The notes below the pieces were generated by a model. That model was not told where the DNA came from, did not search any database, and saw only the letters and a program-made list of their open reading frames with translations. The translations under genes were made by a program, and so were the position numbers. 64,000 nucleotides of DNA, from positions 1,927,090-1,991,089 of the forward strand of contig OZ244650.1 in assembly GCA_965218785.1 (NCBI GenBank). Reading direction: 5' to 3'. The stretch is from Nitrosopumilus sp. (GTDB taxonomy: Archaea > Thermoproteota > Nitrososphaeria > Nitrososphaerales > Nitrosopumilaceae). Shown one piece after another: positions 18,921 through 29,325 of the stretch (within the stretch, counting starts at the first letter, position 1; each line of letters begins with the position of its first letter).

Positions 18921-19814
18921 ATGCTAACTGTTTTTGGTTCAACCGCACTAGATACGATTAGGACTCCGAAAAAAACATTAAAGAATGTTCTGGGGGGAGC
19001 GGCAACCTTTGCGGGGATTTCTGCAAGCAATTTTGTAGATACCGGACTGATAGCAGTGGTTGGAAGTGATTTCCCGGATCAGCATCATAAAACCTTGTCC
19101 AAATATCTGGATCTGCAGGGATTGACAGTCAAGGACGGCAAGACGTTTCGTTATGATGGAAGATACGACAGTACGCTAAGCGTCAGATCCACATTAAAGA
19201 CAGAACTAAACGTGCTTGCAGGCTTTAAAGCAGTCGTTCCCGAAGCTTATAGGAAATCACAGTTTGTATATCTTGCAAACAATGATCCCGAGCAGAATAT
19301 TTCGCTGATCAAAGAGTTTGATAAAGTAAAATTTTCCATGTGTGACACCATAGATTTTTGGATATCAACAAAACGGGAGGCGGTAATCAGGATGATAAAG
19401 GCAGTTGATGCAGTTGTAATAAATGATGAAGAAGCCAAACTCCTTACAAAGGAATTCAATTTAATTAAATGTGCAAAAAAGCTGATGCAGTGGGGGGCAA
19501 GATACGTAATCATCAAAAAGGGGGAGCACGGTTCCCTGATGTTTTATGATGATATGATTTTTCCAACTGCGGGATTTTCATTGGAGGATGTCGTGGATCC
19601 CACCGGTGCCGGGGATTCTTTTGCAGGGGCAATGATTGGATATCTGGCAAGCAAGAGATCAACTAGCCAGTCTGAGATCAAAAAAGCAGTCGTTTATGGA
19701 AACGTCCTGGGATCATTTGCAGTGGAGAGATACGGTCTGGAAGGACTGCTGAGAATCAAAAATGGCGACATTGCAAAAAGAGTCAGACAGTATGAAAAAA
19801 TGATCAGATTCTAG
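18921..19814 (+). CDS. PfkB-family carbohydrate/nucleoside kinase
   Basis: LGGAATF, IIKKGEHG, VVDPTGAGDSFAG. Confidence 0.92.
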   Translation: MLTVFGSTALDTIRTPKKTLKNVLGGAATFAGISASNFVDTGLIAVVGSDFPDQHHKTLSKYLDLQGLTVKDGKTFRYDGRYDSTLSVRSTLKTELNVLAGFKAVVPEAYRKSQFVYLANNDPEQNISLIKEFDKVKFSMCDTIDFWISTKREAVIRMIKAVDAVVINDEEAKLLTKEFNLIKCAKKLMQWGARYVIIKKGEHGSLMFYDDMIFPTAGFSLEDVVDPTGAGDSFAGAMIGYLASKRSTSQSEIKKAVVYGNVLGSFAVERYGLEGLLRIKNGDIAKRVRQYEKMIRF

Positions 19815-19980
19815 TCCTAGGTGTTTTGCCGCCGTCAACTGCCTTCTGGAATTAAGAGGATTGGAATGATGTTCCTGCTTTTGCATGACGCAAAAATCAT
19901 AATTCGTTGAGATCTAAATAAGTGGATGATCCCAATTTTAAAAAGATTTAAGTTCAATTATTTCCAAAGATGATTCGTCG

Positions 19981-20328
19981 TTGTCGCAAGAAACTTCTAA
20001 AGATCGATTAGATACCATATTCAGACTTCAAATGGGTCTGGCAGAAATGATGGACCCTGATAGATATCCCAAGGATTCTCAAGGCAGGGTTTCTGCCCTG
20101 TCTACTGCAATTATTCACGAGGCAGTGGAGCTGCAGCGAACTACAAACTGGAAGTGGTGGAAGGTGCCAACACACTTTGATGAGGCAGAGGCCAGGGAGG
20201 AATTAATCGACATATGGCATTTTGTTATTCAGGCATCCCTTGAGCTTAATCTTACACCAGATGACATTGTAAAAGAGTACAAAAAGAAAAACGAGATTAA
20301 TCGGGAAAGACAGAGAAGCGGGTACTAA
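19981..20328 (+). CDS. All-alpha (dimeric) dUTPase / MazG-like NTP pyrophosphatase
   Basis: HEAVEL...WKWWK...EELIDIWHF...KNEINRERQRSGY. Confidence 0.85.
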   Translation: MSQETSKDRLDTIFRLQMGLAEMMDPDRYPKDSQGRVSALSTAIIHEAVELQRTTNWKWWKVPTHFDEAEAREELIDIWHFVIQASLELNLTPDDIVKEYKKKNEINRERQRSGY

Positions 20329-20362
20329 TTTTCACAGCAGAATACTGCCCAAACCTAATTAT

Positions 20363-21445
20363 CTACAGCACATCATGCATGGCCTTGGCAATGAATCTGA
20401 TGTTTTTTTGAGTTACTTTTGGATGGATTGGCAGGGAGATGACATGCGAGGCGGCCCAGTCAGTGACAGGCAGTCTAATTTTTGATTTGTAAAGGGGGGT
20501 TTTGTGGACCGGGGTCTGGTAATAAGACGCCGCACCAATGCCTTTTTTGTTGAGTTCGTTGAAAAGTTTTTTACGTTTTGTAGTTGCAATCGTATAAAGA
20601 TACCAGTTGAGATTTTCATTCTTTCGCTGGGAGGGAAGTTGTACATTGAGATCAGAGATCAACTCTGACAAAAGTCTTGCATTGTTTTTCCTAGACCTTA
20701 GAAAATTTGGAAGTTTTTTCATTTGGATGTTTGCAATTGCGGCGCTAATTTCAGGCAGCCGCAGATTCAGACCGAATCTTTTAGAATCATATCCGTGTAC
20801 CATTCCATGATTTCTAATCATCAGTAATTTATCCCGCAGTTTTTTGTTGTTAGTAACAATAAAACCGCCCTCTCCGGCAGTCATAACTTTTGCAGGATAC
20901 ATGCTGTAACACCCCATTTCAAAGAAGGTACCGGTATGTCTTCCCTTGTAGGTGGATCCCAGAGACTGCGCCGAATCTTCAATGACTGGTATGTTGTATT
21001 TCCTGGAAATTTCAGACAGTCTTTCCATGCATGCCACGTTTCCATAAAGGTGGACCGGAATAATGGCGCGGGTTTTTTTTGTTATCTTTTTTTCCAGATG
21101 GTCCGGATCCACGGTATAGTTCTCCCTTTGAATATCGACAAAAACAGGTCTTGCCCCCGTTGAAGCAACGGCATTTGCAGTGGCAACAAATGTAAATGAC
21201 GGAATTAGAACTTCATCACCTCTTGTAATATCCAATGCGTAAAGGGCGGCCTGCAGCGCCGCAGTGCCGGAATTGACGGCAACGGCATACCTTGATTTTA
21301 CAAAAGAACTCACGGATTTTTCAAATGCCCGGACGTGTATACCTCCCTGGTTGGCAGACGAGGTCAGGGCGCCATCCCTGAGAATGGAGGTGACTGCGGA
21401 AATCTCTTCTGTTCCCACGATGGGTGCGTTAATTGTTATTTTCAA
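20363..21445 (-). CDS. DegT/DnrJ/EryC1/StrS aminotransferase
   Basis: VNSGTAAL, PSFTFVATANA, PVHLYG, EDSAQSLG, SMYPAKVMTAGEGG. Confidence 0.92.
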   Translation of the reverse strand: MKITINAPIVGTEEISAVTSILRDGALTSSANQGGIHVRAFEKSVSSFVKSRYAVAVNSGTAALQAALYALDITRGDEVLIPSFTFVATANAVASTGARPVFVDIQRENYTVDPDHLEKKITKKTRAIIPVHLYGNVACMERLSEISRKYNIPVIEDSAQSLGSTYKGRHTGTFFEMGCYSMYPAKVMTAGEGGFIVTNNKKLRDKLLMIRNHGMVHGYDSKRFGLNLRLPEISAAIANIQMKKLPNFLRSRKNNARLLSELISDLNVQLPSQRKNENLNWYLYTIATTKRKKLFNELNKKGIGAASYYQTPVHKTPLYKSKIRLPVTDWAASHVISLPIHPKVTQKNIRFIAKAMHDVL

Positions 21446-21520
21446 TAGTAATTCTGTCCATAACTAGTCTATAAATTCCGTTATGCGTGGACTTATATTT
21501 CAAAACTTGATAGGCGACAT

Positions 21521-22096
21521 ATGAAATCCCCACACCTTGAAAAAACAGATCCGGGTTACAGGGTTTATCTGTATATCTTCTATATTTGCGCCCTGATGAT
21601 GGTGACATCGCTTGTTTTTGGCATTTATGTAACAATGATAGAATGGATAGAGAACGGGATTTACGTGATGGGCGAGGCAATTCACAATACAACCATCCCA
21701 TTTGAAAATTTTGCAAGGGTGTCAACTTGGATATTTTTTTCCACCATAATTGGATGGTACTGTGTTACTAGAATCGGCTGGAGGAGAACAGCCGGAGAGA
21801 AGATTGTCGGAACAAGGATGGCGCTGCTTCAGTTAATGCTGCTGGGATTCTCAATTATTGCATTCTATGAGGTATTATACAATTTTACGGTGCTAAACGC
21901 ACAGATATCTGCCGGAATCATTAATGGGATGGTTCCAGATATCGATAGATTATCAGTCGCCTATCCGGATCCTGACAGGCCGTGGAATCTGGTTTTTGCA
22001 ACCAAGGTGTTTCTGGCAGCATTCATTATTAGCAGCCACGCATTTTATCTGAGTATAAAACCCAGAAAGAGCCTGGATATGCCAGAGGATAGCTAG
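21521..22096 (+). CDS. Hypothetical membrane protein
   Basis: Four TM helices, PWNLVFATK motif. Confidence 0.75.
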   Translation: MKSPHLEKTDPGYRVYLYIFYICALMMVTSLVFGIYVTMIEWIENGIYVMGEAIHNTTIPFENFARVSTWIFFSTIIGWYCVTRIGWRRTAGEKIVGTRMALLQLMLLGFSIIAFYEVLYNFTVLNAQISAGIINGMVPDIDRLSVAYPDPDRPWNLVFATKVFLAAFIISSHAFYLSIKPRKSLDMPEDS

Positions 22097-22159
22097 CAGA
22101 TCGGCATTATTGGCGGTTTTACGTAAAAACTATTTTTTCTAGTATGCAGATGAATTCAT

Positions 22160-22348
22160 ATGGGATTATTCGGCTCGGGCAAAAATGAATTAAAATGCAA
22201 AAAATGCGGTACTATTCTTTCTGATCCTGAGAGGCTGAAAAAGCACCAGGAGAAGGCACACAACAAGAAAAAAGAAAAGTGCAGGGTATGTGGAACTGAA
22301 TTTAACACCCAGGACGACTTGCGGAAACACAAGAAAAATTGCAGATAA
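22160..22348 (+). CDS. C2H2 zinc-finger protein
   Basis: CKKC...LKKHQEKAH and CRVC...LRKHKKNC. Confidence 0.8.
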   Translation: MGLFGSGKNELKCKKCGTILSDPERLKKHQEKAHNKKKEKCRVCGTEFNTQDDLRKHKKNCR

Positions 22349-22391
22349 TTAGTATAACTTTATAGGCTCTGATCTCAAAAGTTGTTTTGAT

Positions 22392-23438
22392 TTGGATGTC
22401 ACAGAAAAGGTAGAGTTGGTCCAAAGACCGCCAACAGAGGAAGTAGTAACACACGATGAATTAACCGAGCTATTCAAGACAAACTCATCGCCAAAACATT
22501 ATATCGGTCTGGAAATTTCGGGGTTTTTGCATCTTGGCAGCCTGATTAGTACCGGCTTGAAGATTAATGATTTTGTAAGGGCCGGCATCAAATGCACGGT
22601 TTTTCTTGCAGACTGGCACACCCTGATCAACGACAAACTAGGCGGGGACTGGGAGACGATAGCAAAAGTCTCAAAATATTACCAGGACGCATTCAAAATT
22701 GTTTGTCCTGATGCAGAGATCGTCCTGGGATCAAAACTGTACGAAGAGAAAACAGAGTACTGGTCTGAGCTTGTCAGGTTTACAAAACACATGTCTCTGG
22801 CCAGAACAATGCGGACACTCACAATTATGGGTCGCTCTGAAAATGAAGAAAAAATTGACGTGGCAAAATTGCTGTATCCTGCAATGCAGGCAGTTGATAT
22901 TCATTCATTGGATGTGGATATCGCTCATGCGGGAATGGATCAGAGAAAGATCCACATGCTGGTAAGGGAGGTTTTTCCCAAAATGAAGTGGAAGGTGCCA
23001 GTTGCCGTCCATCACAAGCTGCTGCCCGGACTTTCAAAGCCTGCAGATTCCGGTGATTCAAAGACTGTGACAAAGATGAGCAAGTCGGATCCGAATTCAG
23101 GTATTTTTATCCACAATACAGACGATGAGATAAGGAAAAAGATCAACAAGGCATGGTGTGAGGAGGCAAACACCCAGAACAACCCGCTGTTGGAGATGGC
23201 AAGAACCGTAATTTTTCATGAATTCAGTGAAGTAACTGTCAGCAGGCCGGAAAAATTTGGGGGCAACGCATCATATGCGGATTACAACCAGCTGGAAGCG
23301 GATTTTGCCAGAAAGATGCTGCATCCCGGAGACTTGAAACAGACTGTCGGGGATTACCTGGTAAAGATAATCTCCCCAATCAGAGACACGCTGAACCTTG
23401 ATAAGGAACTAGAAGAGACGATAAGAAAAAGCTTTTAG
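22392..23438 (+). CDS. tyrS: Tyrosine--tRNA ligase (archaeal type)
   Basis: YIGLEISGFLHLGS, YPAMQAVD, AGMDQRKIH, KMSKS. Confidence 0.95.
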   Translation: MDVTEKVELVQRPPTEEVVTHDELTELFKTNSSPKHYIGLEISGFLHLGSLISTGLKINDFVRAGIKCTVFLADWHTLINDKLGGDWETIAKVSKYYQDAFKIVCPDAEIVLGSKLYEEKTEYWSELVRFTKHMSLARTMRTLTIMGRSENEEKIDVAKLLYPAMQAVDIHSLDVDIAHAGMDQRKIHMLVREVFPKMKWKVPVAVHHKLLPGLSKPADSGDSKTVTKMSKSDPNSGIFIHNTDDEIRKKINKAWCEEANTQNNPLLEMARTVIFHEFSEVTVSRPEKFGGNASYADYNQLEADFARKMLHPGDLKQTVGDYLVKIISPIRDTLNLDKELEETIRKSF

Positions 23439-24229
23439 ACCTTGAGATCCGGATTGGTCTGCTCCTCTAAATTATATTTTGATTTGTATCCCCTTGGATT
23501 TATCATCAAATCCTTGTAGGTATATGTGGATGAATTTCCAACAATTACAGTGGTAATCATTCCCAGTTTGTCTGAATGGCTGGGCAGATTTTCCAGATCC
23601 GTCATTACAACGGTCTCAGATTCCCTAAATGCCCCCTTGATGATTGCGACAGGTGTTGTGGGTTTTCTGTATTTTAAAAGAAGGGTTCTCGTATCTTGTA
23701 ATTGATGGATTCTTTTTTTGCTTGCGGGATTATAAATGACAATTACAAAATCACCCCGTGCGGCAGCCTCGACTCTTTGCTTGATGATCTCCCACGGCAC
23801 CAGCAGATCACTCATGCTAACGACTGCAAAATCAGTCATTAACGGCGAGCCGACTATTGATGCACAGGAATTCAGTGCAGATACGCCTGGAATGATCTCG
23901 ACTTTGAGATCATCTTTTGGATTCCAGCCGCCTTCTGCGAGTGTCTCATAGATTAGTCCGGCCATTCCATAAATTCCAGGATCCCCGCTTGAGACAAGTG
24001 AGACGGTTTTTCCTGATTTTGCAAGATCGATACACTGGTGGGCCCTTTCAACTTCCTGAGTCATTGCATAGCGGTAGACTGTCTTGCCTTCAATCAGATC
24101 TTGGACCAGATTAACGTATGTCTCGTATCCGACAATCGTATCACTTTGAGCGATTACGTTTTTTGCCCGAAACGTCATGTGGTCATGATGTCCGGGACCA
24201 ACACCTACGATGTAGAGCTTGCCTGTCAA
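23435..24229 (-). CDS. cobJ: Precorrin-3B C17-methyltransferase
   Basis: VGVGPG, VSSGDPGIYGMA, SMSDLLVPW, YNPAS, INPRGY. Confidence 0.92.
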   Translation of the reverse strand: MTGKLYIVGVGPGHHDHMTFRAKNVIAQSDTIVGYETYVNLVQDLIEGKTVYRYAMTQEVERAHQCIDLAKSGKTVSLVSSGDPGIYGMAGLIYETLAEGGWNPKDDLKVEIIPGVSALNSCASIVGSPLMTDFAVVSMSDLLVPWEIIKQRVEAAARGDFVIVIYNPASKKRIHQLQDTRTLLLKYRKPTTPVAIIKGAFRESETVVMTDLENLPSHSDKLGMITTVIVGNSSTYTYKDLMINPRGYKSKYNLEEQTNPDLKV

Positions 24230-24270
24230 TTAAAACAGGTACTTTGCAAAGTAATTTATCCGTTTAGTGT

Positions 24271-25731
24271 TTACTGGAACGGATCTATAAACGGGCAGTT
24301 AACTATATGATCACTGCTGGTTGGTCGTGCAATACTTACAGATAACAGGTCATCTGCATGAAACGAGTCAATATCGGATTTTGTTTCCAGAATCTTTGCC
24401 GAATTTTCATCATTCCATTCAACTAGGTAAATTCGCCACATCGGGCTGTAATTTTCATCACCTAGGACGGCACCTGCAACTCCTGCCTGGAATCCCAGCG
24501 GACCGGATCCCTTGATTCCGTTTTTGAACTGAAAGAGATCAACTGCCCCTGAATGGGCTATGAGACTGGCAGATGAGGGCGAGGAGACAACGCCCATGGT
24601 TTGGGCAGGTCCTGACGGAGTGGCATCAGTGACGATATAGTAGACGGTTCTTCCATCATGGCCCCAGCCCCTGTGGGCGACAAATGTTACAGTCATGTCC
24701 TGTTCGTTAATTTCAGTTATCTGGCCTCCGTCATACGGGATTTCATCTGTAATTTCTTTATCAGGACGTACCGGCATTTGTCCATCAGGCCAAACAATTT
24801 GGGGGGTGTTAAGGACGACTCCCGTTTCATTGAATTCAATTCTGCCGGCCTTGTTTGCAGCCATGACATCAGCTGCGGATTCAAAGACCGTCTCCTTTTG
24901 GCCTGTCTTCCATGTAATTTCAACTATGGAGCTCAGCGCACTGTACTGTGATTCCTGTGATGGCGTGCTTGAAAACACCTCGTCTTGGAATCCGTAAATT
25001 CCGTCTCCTCTTATTCCATTTTTAAACATGAACAGTTTTTGCAGGGCTTCATCTGGTACGTCTCCGATTGCCTTGGCAAGTTCGACGTTCCATCCCTGTT
25101 TTTCTGAGAGGGTCTCTGCATATTCCTCGTCACTGCCGTCAGTTATGATGTAAAGGACTGTCTCCCCGTCATGGATTCCCTTGTGCATCGGGATTGTGGC
25201 AGGTACGTTTGTTCTTGAAAGCAGGTATGATGATTCCTTCTCCGGTTCAATATTTTGCACTATTACCTGTGTGGGCTCCCCCCGTATCCAGCCATCAACG
25301 CTTGCGGTGACAATGAACTCTTTTGAATCAGGCGAATGAAATGCCAGGGCGGCTCCCGTGAATTCAAAAGAGCCTGATTTTTCCCCCGCATCTATCAGGG
25401 ACAAACCATAAACGGTTTCTCCATCAACAGTCCAGGTGGGCTGGCCCCTTGCATCCCTAGAGGGAATCTCATGCAGGACTGCAATCTGGACTGGTTCGCT
25501 TGAAACAAATGTCATAGAACCATCGTAGATGGTTCCCTTGTTTGGCGATAATACAAGGGCCATCTGATGATCCTGATGGCCCTGTCCGGGATCCTGGGAT
25601 GACTTTATGGTCTGAGTAAAATGGACCTTTTTTGTGGAACCGGCATCTACGAACTGATCAGTAAGATAAGAAACGGAGATCATGCCAGCGGCAAGGATCC
25701 CGATAACGAGAACGGCAATTAACTTGTTCAA
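24271..25731 (-). CDS. Secreted thaumarchaeal protein with duplicated YI(I/V)TD...YS(A/P) domains (DUF7482-like)
   Basis: Signal anchor; two repeats YI(I/V)TD...FKNGI(R/K)G.G..GFQ...YS(A/P); ends VNCPFIDPFQ. Confidence 0.75.
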   Translation of the reverse strand: MNKLIAVLVIGILAAGMISVSYLTDQFVDAGSTKKVHFTQTIKSSQDPGQGHQDHQMALVLSPNKGTIYDGSMTFVSSEPVQIAVLHEIPSRDARGQPTWTVDGETVYGLSLIDAGEKSGSFEFTGAALAFHSPDSKEFIVTASVDGWIRGEPTQVIVQNIEPEKESSYLLSRTNVPATIPMHKGIHDGETVLYIITDGSDEEYAETLSEKQGWNVELAKAIGDVPDEALQKLFMFKNGIRGDGIYGFQDEVFSSTPSQESQYSALSSIVEITWKTGQKETVFESAADVMAANKAGRIEFNETGVVLNTPQIVWPDGQMPVRPDKEITDEIPYDGGQITEINEQDMTVTFVAHRGWGHDGRTVYYIVTDATPSGPAQTMGVVSSPSSASLIAHSGAVDLFQFKNGIKGSGPLGFQAGVAGAVLGDENYSPMWRIYLVEWNDENSAKILETKSDIDSFHADDLLSVSIARPTSSDHIVNCPFIDPFQ

Positions 25732-25769
25732 TAAATGTGGCTGGTTTTATTCCCTTAAATGATTTTGTT

Positions 25770-27167
25770 TTAGTTTATCTTATCTAGGGCAAACGCATCA
25801 TGGATGGCCACTACTGCGGCATTGGCATCGGAATTTTTTACGACTAGTGCGAGATTAAGCTCAGATGAGCCCTGGGTAATCATTGATATGTTGATTTTGT
25901 TCTTCTCGACTGCTCCAAAAACCTTTGAGGCGACCCCGACAGTCCCCCGCATGCCTGAACCGATTAGTGCGATGATTGCCACGTCCGTGGTAACCTCCAA
26001 TTTTTTGATGATCTTTCCTAGCAGTTCCATTTCCAATACACTGACTGCCTTGTCAAGATCGGCATTCTTTACCACGATGGTTATGCTGGATTCTGAGGGA
26101 TTCTGCGAGATCATCATTACGTTGATTCCCGCTTTTGCCAGTGTTGCAAATATTTTTGATGCAGTCCCCGGGGTTCCGACCATGCTGCCGCCCCGGATGT
26201 CAATTAATCCGTTGTTGCGAATGTTACTTACACATTTTACGGTGTTTTTAACGGATGTGGCGGCAGTTACCAGGGTTCCCTCGTTTTTTACATTAAAGGA
26301 ATTTCTTATCTTCATGGGGATTTTCTTTGCAAGGAGTGGCTCAAATGTGCGCGGGTGTATCTGTTTTGCACCAAACAGGGCCATTTCAATTGCCTCTATA
26401 TACGATACTTCCTTGAGCAGTTTTGCATTTTTGACAATTTTTGGATCTGCTGACATTAATCCGTCCACATCACTCATCAGCCAGATTTCATCTGCCTTGA
26501 TGCAAGAACCGATGATTGTTGCAGAGTAATCCGAACCGCCCCTTCCAAACGTGGTTACGTGTCCGTGCTGATCCGCACCGGCAAATCCCCCCACGACTGG
26601 GATCGTCTTGTTTGAAAACAGATCATTTACCGTCTTTGATACCCGGAGTCTGGTCGTATCCATTAACGGCTTGGATTCACCAAAGTTTGAATCAGTTACA
26701 ATTCCGATCTCCTTTCCGGTAAGTGGGGCTGATTTTTTTCCAGAATCGTTGATTGCCGCTGAAACCAGTTTTATTGACAGCCTCTCACCAAATGAAACAA
26801 GATAATCCATTGATCTTGAGGTGATCTCGCCGAGCAGGATCATTCCATCAATTAATGCGGCAAGTTCGGAAAAATCCTGATCCAGCCGTGTCGATAATTT
26901 TTTTAGCACGTCTGGTTTCCCGGTTATTTGTTTTGCCAGTTGCCTGTGTCTGTCGGTAATTTTTGATACAAGTTGCTGGGCCCTGGATTTATCCTCATTT
27001 TTTATGGACTCTGATATTCCCATAAGATCATCTGTAGTTTCACTTGTTGCAGAACAGACAACGATAACCTCGTGTTCGTCGGATAATGAACTGACGTGTC
27101 TGGCTACATCCTGAATGTCTTTTGCGGCAGAAATTGATGTTCCGCCATATTTTATCACAAGTCTCAT
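25770..27167 (-). CDS. lysC: Aspartate kinase
   Basis: KYGGTS, SFGERLS, GRGGSDYSA, DVDGLMSADP, two ACT domains. Confidence 0.95.
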   Translation of the reverse strand: MRLVIKYGGTSISAAKDIQDVARHVSSLSDEHEVIVVCSATSETTDDLMGISESIKNEDKSRAQQLVSKITDRHRQLAKQITGKPDVLKKLSTRLDQDFSELAALIDGMILLGEITSRSMDYLVSFGERLSIKLVSAAINDSGKKSAPLTGKEIGIVTDSNFGESKPLMDTTRLRVSKTVNDLFSNKTIPVVGGFAGADQHGHVTTFGRGGSDYSATIIGSCIKADEIWLMSDVDGLMSADPKIVKNAKLLKEVSYIEAIEMALFGAKQIHPRTFEPLLAKKIPMKIRNSFNVKNEGTLVTAATSVKNTVKCVSNIRNNGLIDIRGGSMVGTPGTASKIFATLAKAGINVMMISQNPSESSITIVVKNADLDKAVSVLEMELLGKIIKKLEVTTDVAIIALIGSGMRGTVGVASKVFGAVEKNKINISMITQGSSELNLALVVKNSDANAAVVAIHDAFALDKIN

Positions 27168-27202
27168 TTCAAAATACTTGGATCAGTTAATCTTTAAATG
27201 CT

Positions 27203-27949
27203 TTAACTTTCCACGCGTGGGGCCAGGTAAAAGTGAATCCTGCCGATATTTGCCACCTTGAATTCGATTCGAAGTGGTTTTGCGCTTGAAAATTCACAGG
27301 TAACCGAGCCTGCCGTAGTTCCAACTGCCTTTATTACCGGATTAAGATATCCAAGACTGTATGTACCGGTGCTGTCTTCTTTTGAAGAGACTTCCTCGAC
27401 ACTCTCATCGTCTTTGTCAAGATCAATCATGACCTCGCCAGAGTCGCCCTTGCCTGAGAAATCCGCCTTTGAATCAGACGTGTGAATTGTCAGATAGTCA
27501 GATACAACATTCACATCCCCCAAAATCTTGTCAAATTTTGAGGAAGACAGGATGATTTTTGAATCGTATGGAATCTTTGGCAGCGGGGTATCAGTTGCAG
27601 AAATTTCAATTAAACGTATTTTGTATTTTTTGTTTTTGCCGACTGCCACAAGCAACATATTCTGATCAGAGATGCTGATTTCTATGCTGTCTTTTTTGTC
27701 TGCCCTTTTGATAATCTTTGAAAATTCATCTATTCTTACTCCAAATTTTATGTCACTGTCACATTCATAATTTTCAAATGCAGAGTTGGGCCAGGATATG
27801 TCAATCAGGGCAACGTGTGAGGGATCCATTCCTCGGAAGGTGATTCCTTCTGCGTTTGCAACAAAGGTTGCCTCTTCAACAAGTGTAGATATAGCAGATA
27901 TTATCGCCTTTAGATCATCCGAACCGCTTGTTTTTGCAGCAAAAGTCAA
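27203..27949 (-). CDS. pcn: DNA polymerase sliding clamp PCNA
   Basis: GMDPSHVALI, FYLAPRVE. Confidence 0.95.
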   Translation of the reverse strand: MTFAAKTSGSDDLKAIISAISTLVEEATFVANAEGITFRGMDPSHVALIDISWPNSAFENYECDSDIKFGVRIDEFSKIIKRADKKDSIEISISDQNMLLVAVGKNKKYKIRLIEISATDTPLPKIPYDSKIILSSSKFDKILGDVNVVSDYLTIHTSDSKADFSGKGDSGEVMIDLDKDDESVEEVSSKEDSTGTYSLGYLNPVIKAVGTTAGSVTCEFSSAKPLRIEFKVANIGRIHFYLAPRVES

Positions 27950-27982
27950 ACTAGTTTTCTCAATTTTATGTAAGTTAAATGT

Positions 27983-28297
27983 TTATGCATAATTCCGCCA
28001 GGTGTGCTTACACTTTATACAGCGATAGAACTGTGTTGTGGGTTCATCAGCACTTCTTGTTTGAAGCATCCACCAGACTGCCTCGTCATTCCCACACTTT
28101 CCACATTCTATTTTGATTGTTGGCAGGGATTCCTCCCCCTCGTTTCCTTCAAAGGCAAGAATGGATTCATCCGGTATTTGTTCTTCAATGACTTTTTTGG
28201 TATGTTTTACTTCTCCCTCTGTGTATCCGCATTTTGAACACTGGAGACCAGAATCACTCTTTCTTAGTTTGACCTCACATTTGGGGCAAAATTTCAA
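27983..28297 (-). CDS. tfs: Transcription factor S (RpoM/TFS)
   Basis: MKFCPKC, CGKC...QTRSADEPTTQFYRCIKC. Confidence 0.95.
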   Translation of the reverse strand: MKFCPKCEVKLRKSDSGLQCSKCGYTEGEVKHTKKVIEEQIPDESILAFEGNEGEESLPTIKIECGKCGNDEAVWWMLQTRSADEPTTQFYRCIKCKHTWRNYA

Positions 28298-28298
28298 T

Positions 28299-28577
28299 CT
28301 AATTTACCTTAATTTTAGAATTAAATAATTGTTTGAACTCTTCTGCAGTCTTTATTGCCGAATCCGTGGATTTGTTAATTATCCCCAGTGGCTTTGTACT
28401 GGAACTGACCCTCATCCAGCATTCGTTGGTGAGGGGGTGTTTTATGATGACACCTGCAAAATTGGTACTTGATTCCTTTAGAAGCTCGTGTTGGATAATG
28501 TATAAGATTCCTATATCAGTCTCTGTGATTGAAATGTTGATTTCCTTGGGTTCTGAGCTGATCACTTGGGCGTTCAT
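28299..28577 (-). CDS. rpoL: RNA polymerase subunit Rpo11 (RpoL)
   Basis: FAGVIIKHPL motif, 92 aa, in an operon with tfs and pcn. Confidence 0.8.
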   Translation of the reverse strand: MNAQVISSEPKEINISITETDIGILYIIQHELLKESSTNFAGVIIKHPLTNECWMRVSSSTKPLGIINKSTDSAIKTAEEFKQLFNSKIKVN

Positions 28578-28619
28578 GTATTCGGAAAAAACACTTATTG
28601 TGGATATAAATCATTACGA

Positions 28620-29165
28620 ATGATTACAGTGGGAGAAAGCAGGATTTCGGAGATTCGATTGGTGAAATCCAAGGAAGGGTACTCATCAGACGAGAACGTT
28701 GAGATTAATGTCCAATTTTCAGTTGAGGGGAACCTCAGAGAGGCATTTAATGAGGCAAATTGGACCAAGGCATACAACAATAATGACGTATCTTTCAAAT
28801 TGAAATATGGCACAAAGTTGACATCTGGCGGATTTAGAAAAAAGGAGCTGGGCAGGACAGTCGACACTTACAGAAAGGCATCAATTTTTTGGACAAGAAA
28901 TCCAAAACTGGTCAACCCCATGAAAGACAGAAGAATCTGGATTCAGGTCGCCAAAAATTTTGAGCCGTTTATCAGGCTTTCAGAAGAAGAGGTAAGAGAA
29001 GAGTTGTTTGACTTTGATGAAAAATTTGTATTCAAAGCATCGGATCTGGGGGAGGGCAAGCACAAGATTGGTGCGGAGGTGTTTGCATCATGGCAAAAGC
29101 ATGATTATACGGAACCAGAAAGCATAAAGAACAGCTCTGAAGAGATCGAGATTACGATCAGCTAG
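28620..29165 (+). CDS. Conserved hypothetical protein
   Basis: Long ORF, YRKASIFWTRNP; probable start ATG 28620. Confidence 0.75.
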   Translation: MITVGESRISEIRLVKSKEGYSSDENVEINVQFSVEGNLREAFNEANWTKAYNNNDVSFKLKYGTKLTSGGFRKKELGRTVDTYRKASIFWTRNPKLVNPMKDRRIWIQVAKNFEPFIRLSEEEVREELFDFDEKFVFKASDLGEGKHKIGAEVFASWQKHDYTEPESIKNSSEEIEITIS

Positions 29166-29325
29166 ATTCAGGATTGAGCAGCTACGGTATTTTAGCAGTA
29201 GTTGATTTGTTTCATGATGGAGTCGTATCATGAGGATGCATATCATCTTGCAGGAAGTTCTTGGCAATTAGGTGTTAGTCAACGTGGGTTGCATGAAAGT
29301 TTTAAAAATATCGGATCGTTGTAAC

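Noticed and set aside
19981-20328. dUTPase/MazG-like gene as a MazZ/DatZ partner of the PurZ-like enzyme
   Set aside because: It is 14 kb away, among core genes, with host-like composition.
25804-26529. Long antisense ORFs over housekeeping genes (e.g. 241 aa opposite lysC, and the N-terminal extension of 51690..52613)
   Set aside because: Shadow frames of well-supported genes, with no motifs of their own.
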